A DNA stretch of 40,000 nucleotides from an uncultured Acidobacteriaceae bacterium (GTDB taxonomy: Bacteria; Acidobacteriota; Terriglobia; Terriglobales; Acidobacteriaceae): NCBI GenBank assembly GCA_963816575.1, contig CAWFLH010000008.1, positions 91,089 to 131,088 of the forward strand. The letters run 5' to 3'. Positions within the stretch are counted from its first letter, which is position 1, and the number at the start of each line of letters is the position of its first letter. Shown here piece by piece: positions 28,110-36,384 of this stretch. A program made the position numbers and the translations under genes. The notes under the pieces are model-generated. The model saw only the letters and a program-made list of their open reading frames with translations. It was not told the DNA's origin and did no database searches.

Positions 28110-29882
28110 ATGAGGTACATCATGATCAAGCTTTTGTGTGTTATCGGCTTTCTCTTGCTTTCGCTGAAAGCAGTCGGCCAGATCAATCTGACCCAAGGCG
28201 AGTCCGTCGGCGTTGGTGCAAATGGAGTATTGCTTTCCCGCCCCAACGAGTTTCATTCTGCGGATTTCACGAGCCCGACGTTGAACAGCCTTCTTTCCAC
28301 CTGCCCTTCGACTCCAACTCCTTGTATCTGGGATGTCGAGCCTTCTGCGACCCAGATCACCGTTCCGACAACGGCCACCATTGGGTCGGCCACGCAGCCG
28401 GTGACGGTCGATTCCGGCCTGTCTTTTCTGTTAACGGGCACCGGTGGAGATGGCATCGATATCGCGCAGTGGGGTGCGCTGAAATGCCGAGGCAACAAAG
28501 GGCCAGCATCGCCGTCGGTTGCTGGCTGCGAAATCCAACAAGCGAACACTTCCATCCTCAACTCGCTCGTCAGCAATGCCGACCAGGGCGCCGTTCCTCC
28601 GCAAAGCGATTTCATGCTGGAGGGCTACGCTGCCATTGGCAGTGCCGCGGGGACAACGTGCGGCGCAGGCTGCGTTGCTCCGCGGCTCAGCTGTGGCGTG
28701 CTCTGCATCATCGCGGTCGAAGGCAAGGGTGTCATCCGCGATAGCGCGTTCGGGCCAGCGGTCGGAGAAGTGGGCATGAATTTTCAGGATGCAGGAAGCG
28801 GTAGTTCGGCTGACAACAATGCTCTACTTATCGAGAACGTCGAATCCTTCTGTAGTCTCTACGTTCACTGTTTGCCGCTGAATATTTGGGGCGCGACCGG
28901 AACTGGAACCGGAAATGGATCGAATTACCTATTTTCGGCGAGCTCTTTCGTCGATACGGGAAGTTCGAATCCAAACGGCATAACATCATTTGCCAGCGGC
29001 CAATGTCTCGATACACAAGATTGCCTGGTTAACCTCGACGGGCAAAGCGGTTCAGGCATGGGCAACAATGTGATCGGCAGCATTACCTTCGACACCACCT
29101 ACTTTGAAAGCTCGACCTCTATGAGCACGACGGGAAGCTTCATGGAGGCAAATAATGTTCGCGGCTTAGCACTGAACAACGTGCGCTTCGATGGGGGTGC
29201 CGTTCTCACCAATTGCCTGACGATTTCCGGGACAAGTTTTGGCGCAAGTTGGGTAACGGGTCGGGTCTCAGCAAACAAATGCGGTACGAACATCAATAAC
29301 GAGATCACCGGTTATTCCCAATCCAACAGCTCCGGCGGCGATCTCATGTATTACTATCCTGGAACCAACAGTGCTGGTTTCGTGATCGACGGAAAAGAAA
29401 TTCTCAACGGCAGCTTAACGATTAGCAATGCGGCGGGAACGTCTCAAACCGCATTGTCAGTATCCGCGTCGGGCGGGACGCTCGATCTCGGCAGTACCAA
29501 CGCGACCGTGAGCTCTGCCGGAGCTCTCAAGGCGACCAGTTTCACCGCAACGAATCTTCTGTGCAGCACTACGGCTCCCACCATTTCCTCCGGCTTTGGC
29601 AGTGCACCAAGCATCACCAACAACGGCAACTGCTCCTTCTCGATAAATGTCGGATCTGGCACCATTACGAACCCTGGAGTGCTCACCTTCCCAGCCGCAG
29701 CTCACGGATGGCATGTGCACTGCGACGACATCACGACCACGTCCGCTACTAACTTCATTACCAAACAAACTGGCGCCGTATCTACGACCAGCGTAACATT
29801 AACAACCTTTACCACCGCGGCTCTGACCACGGGCACATGGACAGCAAGCGACATTTTGGAATGCAGCGCGGTTGCCAATTAA
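28110..29882 (+). CDS. Secreted hypothetical protein (590 aa), Gly/Ser/Thr/Asn-rich, possibly beta-helix/fibre-like; cargo of the island
   Basis: Long ORF with the signal peptide MIKLLCVIGFLLLSLKAVGQ. The more likely start is ATG 28122, which has GAGG 6 nt upstream. It has repetitive N/G/S/T turns (ALNNVRFDGGAVLTNCLTISG, LNGSLTISNAAG). No confident family assignment. Confidence 0.6.
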   Translation: MRYIMIKLLCVIGFLLLSLKAVGQINLTQGESVGVGANGVLLSRPNEFHSADFTSPTLNSLLSTCPSTPTPCIWDVEPSATQITVPTTATIGSATQPVTVDSGLSFLLTGTGGDGIDIAQWGALKCRGNKGPASPSVAGCEIQQANTSILNSLVSNADQGAVPPQSDFMLEGYAAIGSAAGTTCGAGCVAPRLSCGVLCIIAVEGKGVIRDSAFGPAVGEVGMNFQDAGSGSSADNNALLIENVESFCSLYVHCLPLNIWGATGTGTGNGSNYLFSASSFVDTGSSNPNGITSFASGQCLDTQDCLVNLDGQSGSGMGNNVIGSITFDTTYFESSTSMSTTGSFMEANNVRGLALNNVRFDGGAVLTNCLTISGTSFGASWVTGRVSANKCGTNINNEITGYSQSNSSGGDLMYYYPGTNSAGFVIDGKEILNGSLTISNAAGTSQTALSVSASGGTLDLGSTNATVSSAGALKATSFTATNLLCSTTAPTISSGFGSAPSITNNGNCSFSINVGSGTITNPGVLTFPAAAHGWHVHCDDITTTSATNFITKQTGAVSTTSVTLTTFTTAALTTGTWTASDILECSAVAN

Positions 29883-29914
29883 AGTGAAGCATCAGTAACT
29901 CCGTTTTATGGTTG

Positions 29915-29946
29915 GAGAAACGAGGCTGATTCACCGATTGCGACTA
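29915..29946 (+). repeat. Copy 2 of the direct-repeat motif (GAGAAACGAGGCTGATTCACCGATTGCGACTA)
   Basis: The 21-nt core CTGATTCACCGATTGCGACTA matches copy 3 (CTGAATCACCATTTACGACTG) at 16/21 positions. A shared GAGAAA lies 2-5 nt upstream. It sits between the cargo gene and cas1. Confidence 0.35.
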
Positions 29947-30235
29947 CAGCTTTATTGGCCGGCGATATGGCTGACGGTCTGGTTGCTGGGGCTCTCGGTC
30001 GCAATCGTGGACGTGACTTTACGCCACAACTGGTGCGGGGAGATTAAGGCAGTCCTATGGCGAACCATGCTGGCGGCGATTGTCGCGAGTGAAACGGTAC
30101 TGGCCTCGTGTGGCGGAGGTAGGGCGTATCCATGGCGTGCGCCCAAGCCACCGCGTAGTGGTTGTATGCCTCCAGGCCGCCTAGCTTGTCGATTCGTTCA
30201 GTGAGAAATGGTTAATAGGTCGGGTTAGCTTTGAT

Positions 30236-31777
30236 TTAACTTTCATCGCCCGACACCCCAACCAGGGCCGCCAGCGTCTGCCAGTGCCTCGAATGCGGTC
30301 GGCGTCGGCCCGCACGGATGGCAACGGCATACGTCACAGAAACACCTAGCGCCGACATAATGACCGGGTTCGCGATTCCAGCCAGTAGCGGCTGAATCTT
30401 TCGCGAGTAGACTTCCTCGTTGAGCCAGGTTGGGAGGCTCGACGGCTGCCATTCTTTCTTCGCGAGGGCGTGCTGCCGCTGTGTCTGCGCCCGACGCGCC
30501 TTCGGACCGGGGGCTTGGCTAGCCACGCGTCCGATCTTGGCAATCTCCACAATTCGCTCACGAGCTGTCGTAGCGTCACACTCGGAACAATAACTTCGTC
30601 CAAACGAGATCGATGTCCCGCAAACGCGACAAATACTCTCCGGCTGTGGTGCGGTTTTGGTCGGTGGAAATGATGGATGCCCCTTCGCTTCGCGCTTGTT
30701 GCGCTGCGTAAGGCGTGTCGCGATCATCTTGGATGTGGAAGTTGGTTTTGACACGGAAGACCAAATCTCCTGCGCAACATATTCCGCGATCGGGGCCACT
30801 AATCTGCGCCACGTGTCCGAAGTCTCGCAGAGCTTGATTGCCAATGCTGAAGAAATGCGGCAGTTCCCATTGCGATCCTCCCAAAAGTCCGATTTACGAA
30901 GGGGCTCGCTCTGAAGCCAGTTCAAGACGAACGCGTCAACTCCGCCCGGCCTGCAAACTTCCATCAAATCGCAGGCGAGTGAGTCTCTGTTGGGCGTGTC
31001 CATGTGGAGAAAGCCCTGCCCCACGTCTAAGCCCATGGCAGTCGCGGCTAGTCTGGCTTCCGCCTCTAGCAGCGAGTAGACGAAATTTAACAAGGCGTTA
31101 CTGGGTGAGGCCGCTAGCCGTGGACTGTGTGTAATGGGAGAGATTCGCGACCCAAACTTTTTCCAGTGGCCAGGAACGAGCTTTTCATCCTTGCGGGGCC
31201 AGAGGATTGGAATATCCGCCCACGAATGCCAATACAATTTGGCAGCCTGTGCCTCAATGAGGGTAACCCTCTCAACGCTCTCGGCGCTCGGTAAAGTGCT
31301 TCTGAATCGAGCAATTGCGTCCGCCGTCGAAGGATCGTGCAGCATGTCGCGCACTAGTAACTCCTGCCCGGCGAGTTTCTGCGAGATGAGTTCTTTAGAA
31401 ATCTTGAGCGCCGTCCCGTTGCCGAGTGCGAGCGCTTGCGCCCTGCGGAGTTTGGAATCCGACGGAGTGACCGGGCCGGTGACGACGAGCACCTTGCCTC
31501 TGCGATCAAGCATCAAGAATGATGCGCCCGCGTCAGAGATCCAGCGGAGCGCCTCAAGGGTGACGAAACCGTCACTTCCGATTAGCACTAATCTTTTCAG
31601 ACCATGATTCACGCGGGGTAGGCGGATCGTTCGGCGCTCGTCTGCGATTCCGTCGTGCAGAAGCAGATGACCGGCGTCGACTTTGATGCGAATTCCCCAT
31701 CCATTCAAAACGAGGACGCCCGATTTGCGGATGGAGTGCGAGTGCGATAGGTTTGGCGAAGCCGTCATGGAGCTCAT
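30236..31777 (-). CDS. cas1: Cas1 homolog (solo Cas1 / putative casposase) with a C-terminal Zn-ribbon and basic tail
   Basis: 513 aa. The N-terminal beta domain reads VLVLNGWGIRIKVDAGHLLLHDG...LVLIGSDGFVTLEALRWISDAGASFLMLDRRGK. The catalytic helical domain has LIEAQAAKLYW and SPSNALLNFVYSLLEAEARLAATAMGLDVGQGFLHMDTPNRDSLACDLMEVCRP (Cas1 E...H...D/E signature). The C-terminal extension has CRVCGTSISFGRSYCSEC and an Arg/Lys-rich helical tail. No cas2 or CRISPR array is nearby. Confidence 0.85.
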   Translation of the reverse strand: MSSMTASPNLSHSHSIRKSGVLVLNGWGIRIKVDAGHLLLHDGIADERRTIRLPRVNHGLKRLVLIGSDGFVTLEALRWISDAGASFLMLDRRGKVLVVTGPVTPSDSKLRRAQALALGNGTALKISKELISQKLAGQELLVRDMLHDPSTADAIARFRSTLPSAESVERVTLIEAQAAKLYWHSWADIPILWPRKDEKLVPGHWKKFGSRISPITHSPRLAASPSNALLNFVYSLLEAEARLAATAMGLDVGQGFLHMDTPNRDSLACDLMEVCRPGGVDAFVLNWLQSEPLRKSDFWEDRNGNCRISSALAIKLCETSDTWRRLVAPIAEYVAQEIWSSVSKPTSTSKMIATRLTQRNKREAKGHPSFPPTKTAPQPESICRVCGTSISFGRSYCSECDATTARERIVEIAKIGRVASQAPGPKARRAQTQRQHALAKKEWQPSSLPTWLNEEVYSRKIQPLLAGIANPVIMSALGVSVTYAVAIRAGRRRPHSRHWQTLAALVGVSGDES

Positions 31778-32214
31778 ATCTCCTCAGCGGTCAGGGCTGT
31801 TTGCCTGCTCTAACAGGTGGGCAGCCCGCTTAACTTAAGTTTTCTATATTCTATTACTTACAAGCGCATCCGACAATGCGAAACTGTGCGCAGGAATGTG
31901 GATAAAAGCAAACTGTGGAAAACTGATGAATACTTTGGCTCGCCTGGGGCATCGAAGTTAGTAGCCTCTTTGCGCGAGTAGGGAGGACTATAGGACAGGT
32001 GAGAACCGGTCCCGAAGTGCAGTGCGGATGAATGTTACGTCCATGTAGTTACCACGACGAGTAGACCACGCCATTCCGCGCAATACCAGCCGGAGAAACA
32101 TCGTGGCGAGGACGCGAAAGAACTGGTAGGGCGGCTGAGACTCCAATATTTGCACTAGTCCCGAGCAAAAGTTCAAGGGCAAGATGACAATTTTTCCTTC
32201 GGGAGAAGTGTCAA

Positions 32215-32466
32215 ATGCCTGCCCTTCGAGTCGCCAATGCCGTCGCGCCAACCCAACCAACCGTAAGCGACAAGGTACTCCTCACCCGTGAGGAGTGTGC
32301 CGACATTCTCCGAATCCATATTCGGACCCTCGATGCGCTGCTCAAGGACGGAATTCTCCGTTTTAAGAGGGTAGGTAAACCACTCCGTGGCCGCGTCCTC
32401 GTACCGCGTGTAGAAATCGAGCGATTCCTTCAGGTGGACCAACCTGCCAAACGGCGGGTGAGGTGA
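32215..32466 (+). CDS. Helix-turn-helix DNA-binding protein (excisionase/MerR-like HTH_17 type)
   Basis: GGGAGAAG lies 6 nt upstream of the ATG. The motif is LLTREECADILRIHIRTLDALLKDGILRFKRVG. It is the first gene of the HTH-unknown-HNH-polB operon and is divergent from cas1. Confidence 0.65.
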   Translation: MPALRVANAVAPTQPTVSDKVLLTREECADILRIHIRTLDALLKDGILRFKRVGKPLRGRVLVPRVEIERFLQVDQPAKRRVR

Positions 32467-32469
32467 CCT

Positions 32470-32997
32470 ATGGCGCAGAAAAAGCTGCACTGGATCGCCT
32501 CAAAGGGCTACCGCGCACCTCGTCCATCCTCTTTAACCGAGGGACAACTAAAGACGCGCGCCGATGTACTGGCTGCTCACTCTGATATGTTGCGCGACCG
32601 CAACCTGACGGCATCCCAAGCCGCTTGGGATAACGGCGTCACGATCCGAGATTTCTGGAAATACATACCCAGAGCATTCACCAGGAACTCAAGTGGACGT
32701 ATTCGCGCTATAGCAGACCGCTACGTGAGAAGGCTGGAGATTCCCGGACGCGATGGTCCCGTCTTAGTCACCGTCAGAGGGTCCAAAGCTAAAGGTCAAC
32801 TTGCACGATTCCGCAATGATGTCTTCAGCTTTCTCGGTGGGGATCGTTCTGCGCTTGATAAATGGAAAGGCGTAACGATCCAGGGTCATGAGTTGCTGAC
32901 GGACCCCCACATTATTCGAACGCTGGGCGAGCAAGGCAATCTCCCTGAACATTTCGGCAGCGAGCAAGTTGTTCCGTACTCCGGCGGGGCCGCATGA
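32470..32997 (+). CDS. Hypothetical protein (175 aa) in the polB operon
   Basis: It starts 3 nt after the HTH stop, with GAGGTG upstream. Its stop overlaps the next start (ATGA at 32994-32997). No family was recognised. Confidence 0.55.
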   Translation: MAQKKLHWIASKGYRAPRPSSLTEGQLKTRADVLAAHSDMLRDRNLTASQAAWDNGVTIRDFWKYIPRAFTRNSSGRIRAIADRYVRRLEIPGRDGPVLVTVRGSKAKGQLARFRNDVFSFLGGDRSALDKWKGVTIQGHELLTDPHIIRTLGEQGNLPEHFGSEQVVPYSGGAA

Positions 32998-33302
32998 GAC
33001 GGTGCAATCTCTGTGGCACTACTCATGAGGTAACCCAACATCATGTCGGGGGACAACGTTTCATTGCGTGGTTCACGATGAGTCTCTGCGCCAAATGCCA
33101 AGTAATTTTCCACGCAAGACAACGTGCCGCTGGGATCAATTTGCGTTTCACTCCGGACGCCAGGATCAGATTGATTCGCGCATTGAAGATGACAGTACTC
33201 TTCATGTGGTTACTGCTCGACATGCTGGAAAGTGAAATTGGCTCGGAGATCAATGAAGCTAAGGCACTGCGTCAAGAATCTAACTCCGAGGATGGGAAAT
33301 GA
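32994..33302 (+). CDS. HNH-like endonuclease / Zn-finger protein (102 aa)
   Basis: CNLCG-x6-TQHHVGG-x12-LCAKCQVIFH resembles the CxxC...HH...CxxC/H HNH arrangement. There are ATGA overlaps on both sides (32994 and 33299). Confidence 0.5.
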   Translation: MRRCNLCGTTHEVTQHHVGGQRFIAWFTMSLCAKCQVIFHARQRAAGINLRFTPDARIRLIRALKMTVLFMWLLLDMLESEIGSEINEAKALRQESNSEDGK

Positions 33303-36300
33303 TTGAGACACACGATCTCTTCTTACGTGCGCTTGCGGTACCTATAGAGAAAAAGAAAAAGAAGAAAACCGCCAACACCGAGGACGATAACAATGTGCTG
33401 GACGAACCAACATGGCCGGATACAGTCCTGGCGTTCGATAGTGAGAGCCGGGTCACCGTAGACCAATCGCTCACGCTTAGCGTATGGCAGCGTTGCAGGC
33501 TGGTCGGGGGCGTGTATGAAGTAATCGAAGAGGGCATATTTCATGCCGGCGATCTGCCTGAAAGAGATTGCAAAGTCCTCAGAGCATATATGGAGACTGC
33601 GGTCTCCGATGTGCCAACCTTTCCACCTCGTTTTCCCCTCTACTCGCGTTCGCAGTTCATGAAAAAGGTATTTTGGCCCGCCCTTAAGAAAAACAGTTCG
33701 ATGGTTGTGGGTTTTAATCTCGGATACGATCTTTCCCGAATTGCCCTCGACTGGAAAGAAGGAAACAAAGGTGAATGGTCGCTCGTGCTGATGAAGTATG
33801 CCGATGGCAACGAGAACTGCAACTATCCACGCGTCCTGATAACACCTATTGATAGCAAGAAACAGATAATCAAGCTATGGCGACCGTGGAAAAAGAATCA
33901 ACACGAGTGGAAAGACTTAGGCAAAAAGATCCATTTCCTCGATCTTCGGACTTTGCTCTGGGCGCTTTACAACAAATCGCACTCGCTTCGGTCCGCCTGT
34001 GACAACAAACGCGGCCCCTTCAAAGAGCAGAACCTACCGCCAAAAGATGACCATGATCCCACTGGGGAAGTAACGCCAGATGAAATTGAGCACTGCCGGC
34101 AGGATGTCCGCTGCACTGTAGCACTCCTGAACGCTTGTAAGTTGGAATTCGATAAGCACTCCGATATCGATCTGAAGCCGTGGAATGCATACTCACCCGC
34201 GAGTATCGCCAAAGCTTACCTCGCGGCAATGGGCATAAAAAGGCCCTCTGTTAAGTTCAAAGCGCCGGACAAAAAGTTGGCCTCTTGGATTCAGTCCTAT
34301 TTTGGCGGGCGTTCGGAGTGCCGAATACGTCACGAGGTTGTTCCCGTAGTTCCGGTAGATTTCACCTCCGAGTATCCTTCTTGCTGCGCAAACATGGGCC
34401 TATTCAAATTTCTCACCGCTAAAAGTTTGAAGTTTGTCGATGACACAGCAAACATACGGCAGTTTGTCGCGAATATCACTCACGAACAGTGTTTTAGGCG
34501 TGATACATGGCACGATCTGAACTTTGTGGCCCGCTTAATCCCTGACGGAGACATCCTGCCCGTCAGGACTGTTTACGACGGCGTAAGCCATAATATCGGC
34601 AACAATTATTTATCTTCGAATCCTTCCCACCCAGAAGCCATTTATGTTGCAGGGCCCGATCTTGTCGCTGCAGTGATCCAGCAACCGGGAAAGATTCCCA
34701 ACATTCAACAAGCATTCAGGATCGTCCCCTGTGGCAAGCAGCCTGGAATGCGAGCCGTAAAACTTCGGGGAAAGGTTCTGATCGACCCTAACGATGATTC
34801 TGCTGACCTATTCACGAAAATCATTGAGGAGCGTAAACGCAATAAGAATGATCCCGATCTCTACTATTGGCTCAAGATTCTCGCCAATTCGATTTACGGA
34901 TTTTTCGTGGAACTCATTCCGGAGCACTTCAAACAACCGAAAAAAGTGATGGTGTTTTCTGGCGATGAGAGCTTTCCTGATTCCTCAAGAGTGATTGAAA
35001 GGCGAGGAAAATGGTTTGCGCCGTACTTGGCAACGCTCATCACATCCGCTGGAAGGCTCCTCTTGGCCATGCTGGAGGTGGAAGTGAAACGAGCAAGGGG
35101 CGCGTATCTATACTGCGATACCGACAGTCTAGCAGTTGTCGCATCGAAAAAAGGAGGCCCACTCCGCATTCCCGGAGCGCAAGGCGGGCGTATTTTGACC
35201 TGCGATGAGGTTGACGCAATCACCGCTAAATTCCAGGCACTCAATCCATACGATCCCGATACGGTGCCGGACCTCCTGAATCTCACGGACGACAATTACG
35301 TGTGCAAATGTTCGCATGAACTTAACGAGCATGACGACGCCGGAGTTTGTGAGGTGCATCGATGCCGCTGCATGGCAAGGAAAAAAGTGCGGCGGCAGCA
35401 ACTGTGGGGGATGGGCGTAGCCGCCAAACGATACGCTCTGTTTGAAAAACTACTCGCCAACAACGGGAAACTTGTCGATATTAGAATTGTCAATCCGAAA
35501 GCGCACGGCATCGGCTTCCTCTATCCGCCGAAAGACAATCCCAAGAATTGGAAAAATGACGCGCCACTGTGGGTTTTCGAGATGTGGGACTACATCGTGC
35601 GGGGATTTCTGGGATTACCGCGCAAACTACCCGCTTGGGCTTCGCGTCAACAAATGATGCGTTTCTCCGTATCCACTTGGAACGTCCTTAAGATGCTGGG
35701 CATGTGGGAGAGCGCACGTCCTAACAATTTCATGTTCATGGTAATGACCTCCGAGACATTTTCGTTTGACTTTGACTTTGACAATAAACCAAGCAAAAAG
35801 CCAATGGTAATCGTGCCGTTTTCGAGCAAACAAGATGAGTGGAACAAACTCGTAGGGATTGATATTCACAACAAGAACCGGCGCGGGACATACCGGCGTT
35901 ATCCGCTGGGCGATCCCTATTTCCACCCATTCACCTACGGGCACATGATGGAGGAATACACCCGGCACCCTGAGGCTAAGAGCCTGGGCTCGGATGGGAA
36001 GCCCTGCACAGCAGAAACTCGCGGGTTGCTGCAACGGGCGCACATTACCGCAGGACAAGTCCGCTATATCGACAAAGAGACCAGCTCAATGTGGGCGCAT
36101 AACGACGATCTCAGCGTGATAACAGATAACGATGAAGTCGGATTTAGGGTCGTCGAGTACGGGAAAAGCCGCAAAATTGCGCTTCTCGACTCATTGAAAT
36201 GTGAGATCCAGAGAACTAAATTACAACGCGAATTGCGACGCAGAGGAATTGGGCAGCACACGATTGAAAAAGCGCTGCACGCACATATACGCGTAAATAC

Positions 36301-36367
36301 CTACAAGAAAATCGTCGCCGCAATTGCAGAATTCAAAGAGGAAAAACAGAAACCAGAGAAATTCTGA
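33299..36367 (+). CDS. polB: Family B DNA polymerase with an intact 3'-5' exonuclease domain
   Basis: 1022 aa. ExoI is VLAFDSES, ExoII is VVGFNLGYDLSRI and ExoIII is EIEHCRQDVRCTVALL. Motif A is VPVDFTSEYPS (DxxSLYPS-like), motif B is LKILANSIYGFF (KxxxNSxYG), motif C is YLYCDTDSL (YxDTDS) and the KxY motif is VAAKRYALF. Confidence 0.9.
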   Translation: MIETHDLFLRALAVPIEKKKKKKTANTEDDNNVLDEPTWPDTVLAFDSESRVTVDQSLTLSVWQRCRLVGGVYEVIEEGIFHAGDLPERDCKVLRAYMETAVSDVPTFPPRFPLYSRSQFMKKVFWPALKKNSSMVVGFNLGYDLSRIALDWKEGNKGEWSLVLMKYADGNENCNYPRVLITPIDSKKQIIKLWRPWKKNQHEWKDLGKKIHFLDLRTLLWALYNKSHSLRSACDNKRGPFKEQNLPPKDDHDPTGEVTPDEIEHCRQDVRCTVALLNACKLEFDKHSDIDLKPWNAYSPASIAKAYLAAMGIKRPSVKFKAPDKKLASWIQSYFGGRSECRIRHEVVPVVPVDFTSEYPSCCANMGLFKFLTAKSLKFVDDTANIRQFVANITHEQCFRRDTWHDLNFVARLIPDGDILPVRTVYDGVSHNIGNNYLSSNPSHPEAIYVAGPDLVAAVIQQPGKIPNIQQAFRIVPCGKQPGMRAVKLRGKVLIDPNDDSADLFTKIIEERKRNKNDPDLYYWLKILANSIYGFFVELIPEHFKQPKKVMVFSGDESFPDSSRVIERRGKWFAPYLATLITSAGRLLLAMLEVEVKRARGAYLYCDTDSLAVVASKKGGPLRIPGAQGGRILTCDEVDAITAKFQALNPYDPDTVPDLLNLTDDNYVCKCSHELNEHDDAGVCEVHRCRCMARKKVRRQQLWGMGVAAKRYALFEKLLANNGKLVDIRIVNPKAHGIGFLYPPKDNPKNWKNDAPLWVFEMWDYIVRGFLGLPRKLPAWASRQQMMRFSVSTWNVLKMLGMWESARPNNFMFMVMTSETFSFDFDFDNKPSKKPMVIVPFSSKQDEWNKLVGIDIHNKNRRGTYRRYPLGDPYFHPFTYGHMMEEYTRHPEAKSLGSDGKPCTAETRGLLQRAHITAGQVRYIDKETSSMWAHNDDLSVITDNDEVGFRVVEYGKSRKIALLDSLKCEIQRTKLQRELRRRGIGQHTIEKALHAHIRVNTYKKIVAAIAEFKEEKQKPEKF

Positions 36368-36384
36368 ATCACCATTTACGACTG
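36356..36384 (+). repeat. Copy 3 of the direct-repeat motif (GAGAAATTCTGAATCACCATTTACGACTG), overlapping the polB stop codon
   Basis: See copies 1 and 2. The TGA at 36365-36367 lies inside the motif. Confidence 0.35.

Noticed and set aside
29908-30204. A 98-aa ORF (MVGETRLIHRLRLQLYWPAIWLTVWLLGL...) between the cargo gene and cas1
   Set aside because: There is no RBS. It overlaps repeat copy 2 and has an Arg/Trp/Pro-rich composition typical of a non-coding GC-rich frame. It is not reported as a gene.
33299-36367. A pipolin (piPolB element) interpretation of the polymerase
   Set aside because: Pipolins pair a primer-independent PolB (with KTRG replacing KxY) with tyrosine recombinases at tRNA genes. 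Here the motif is KRYAL, no tyrosine recombinase is present, and the neighbouring integrase candidate is Cas1.
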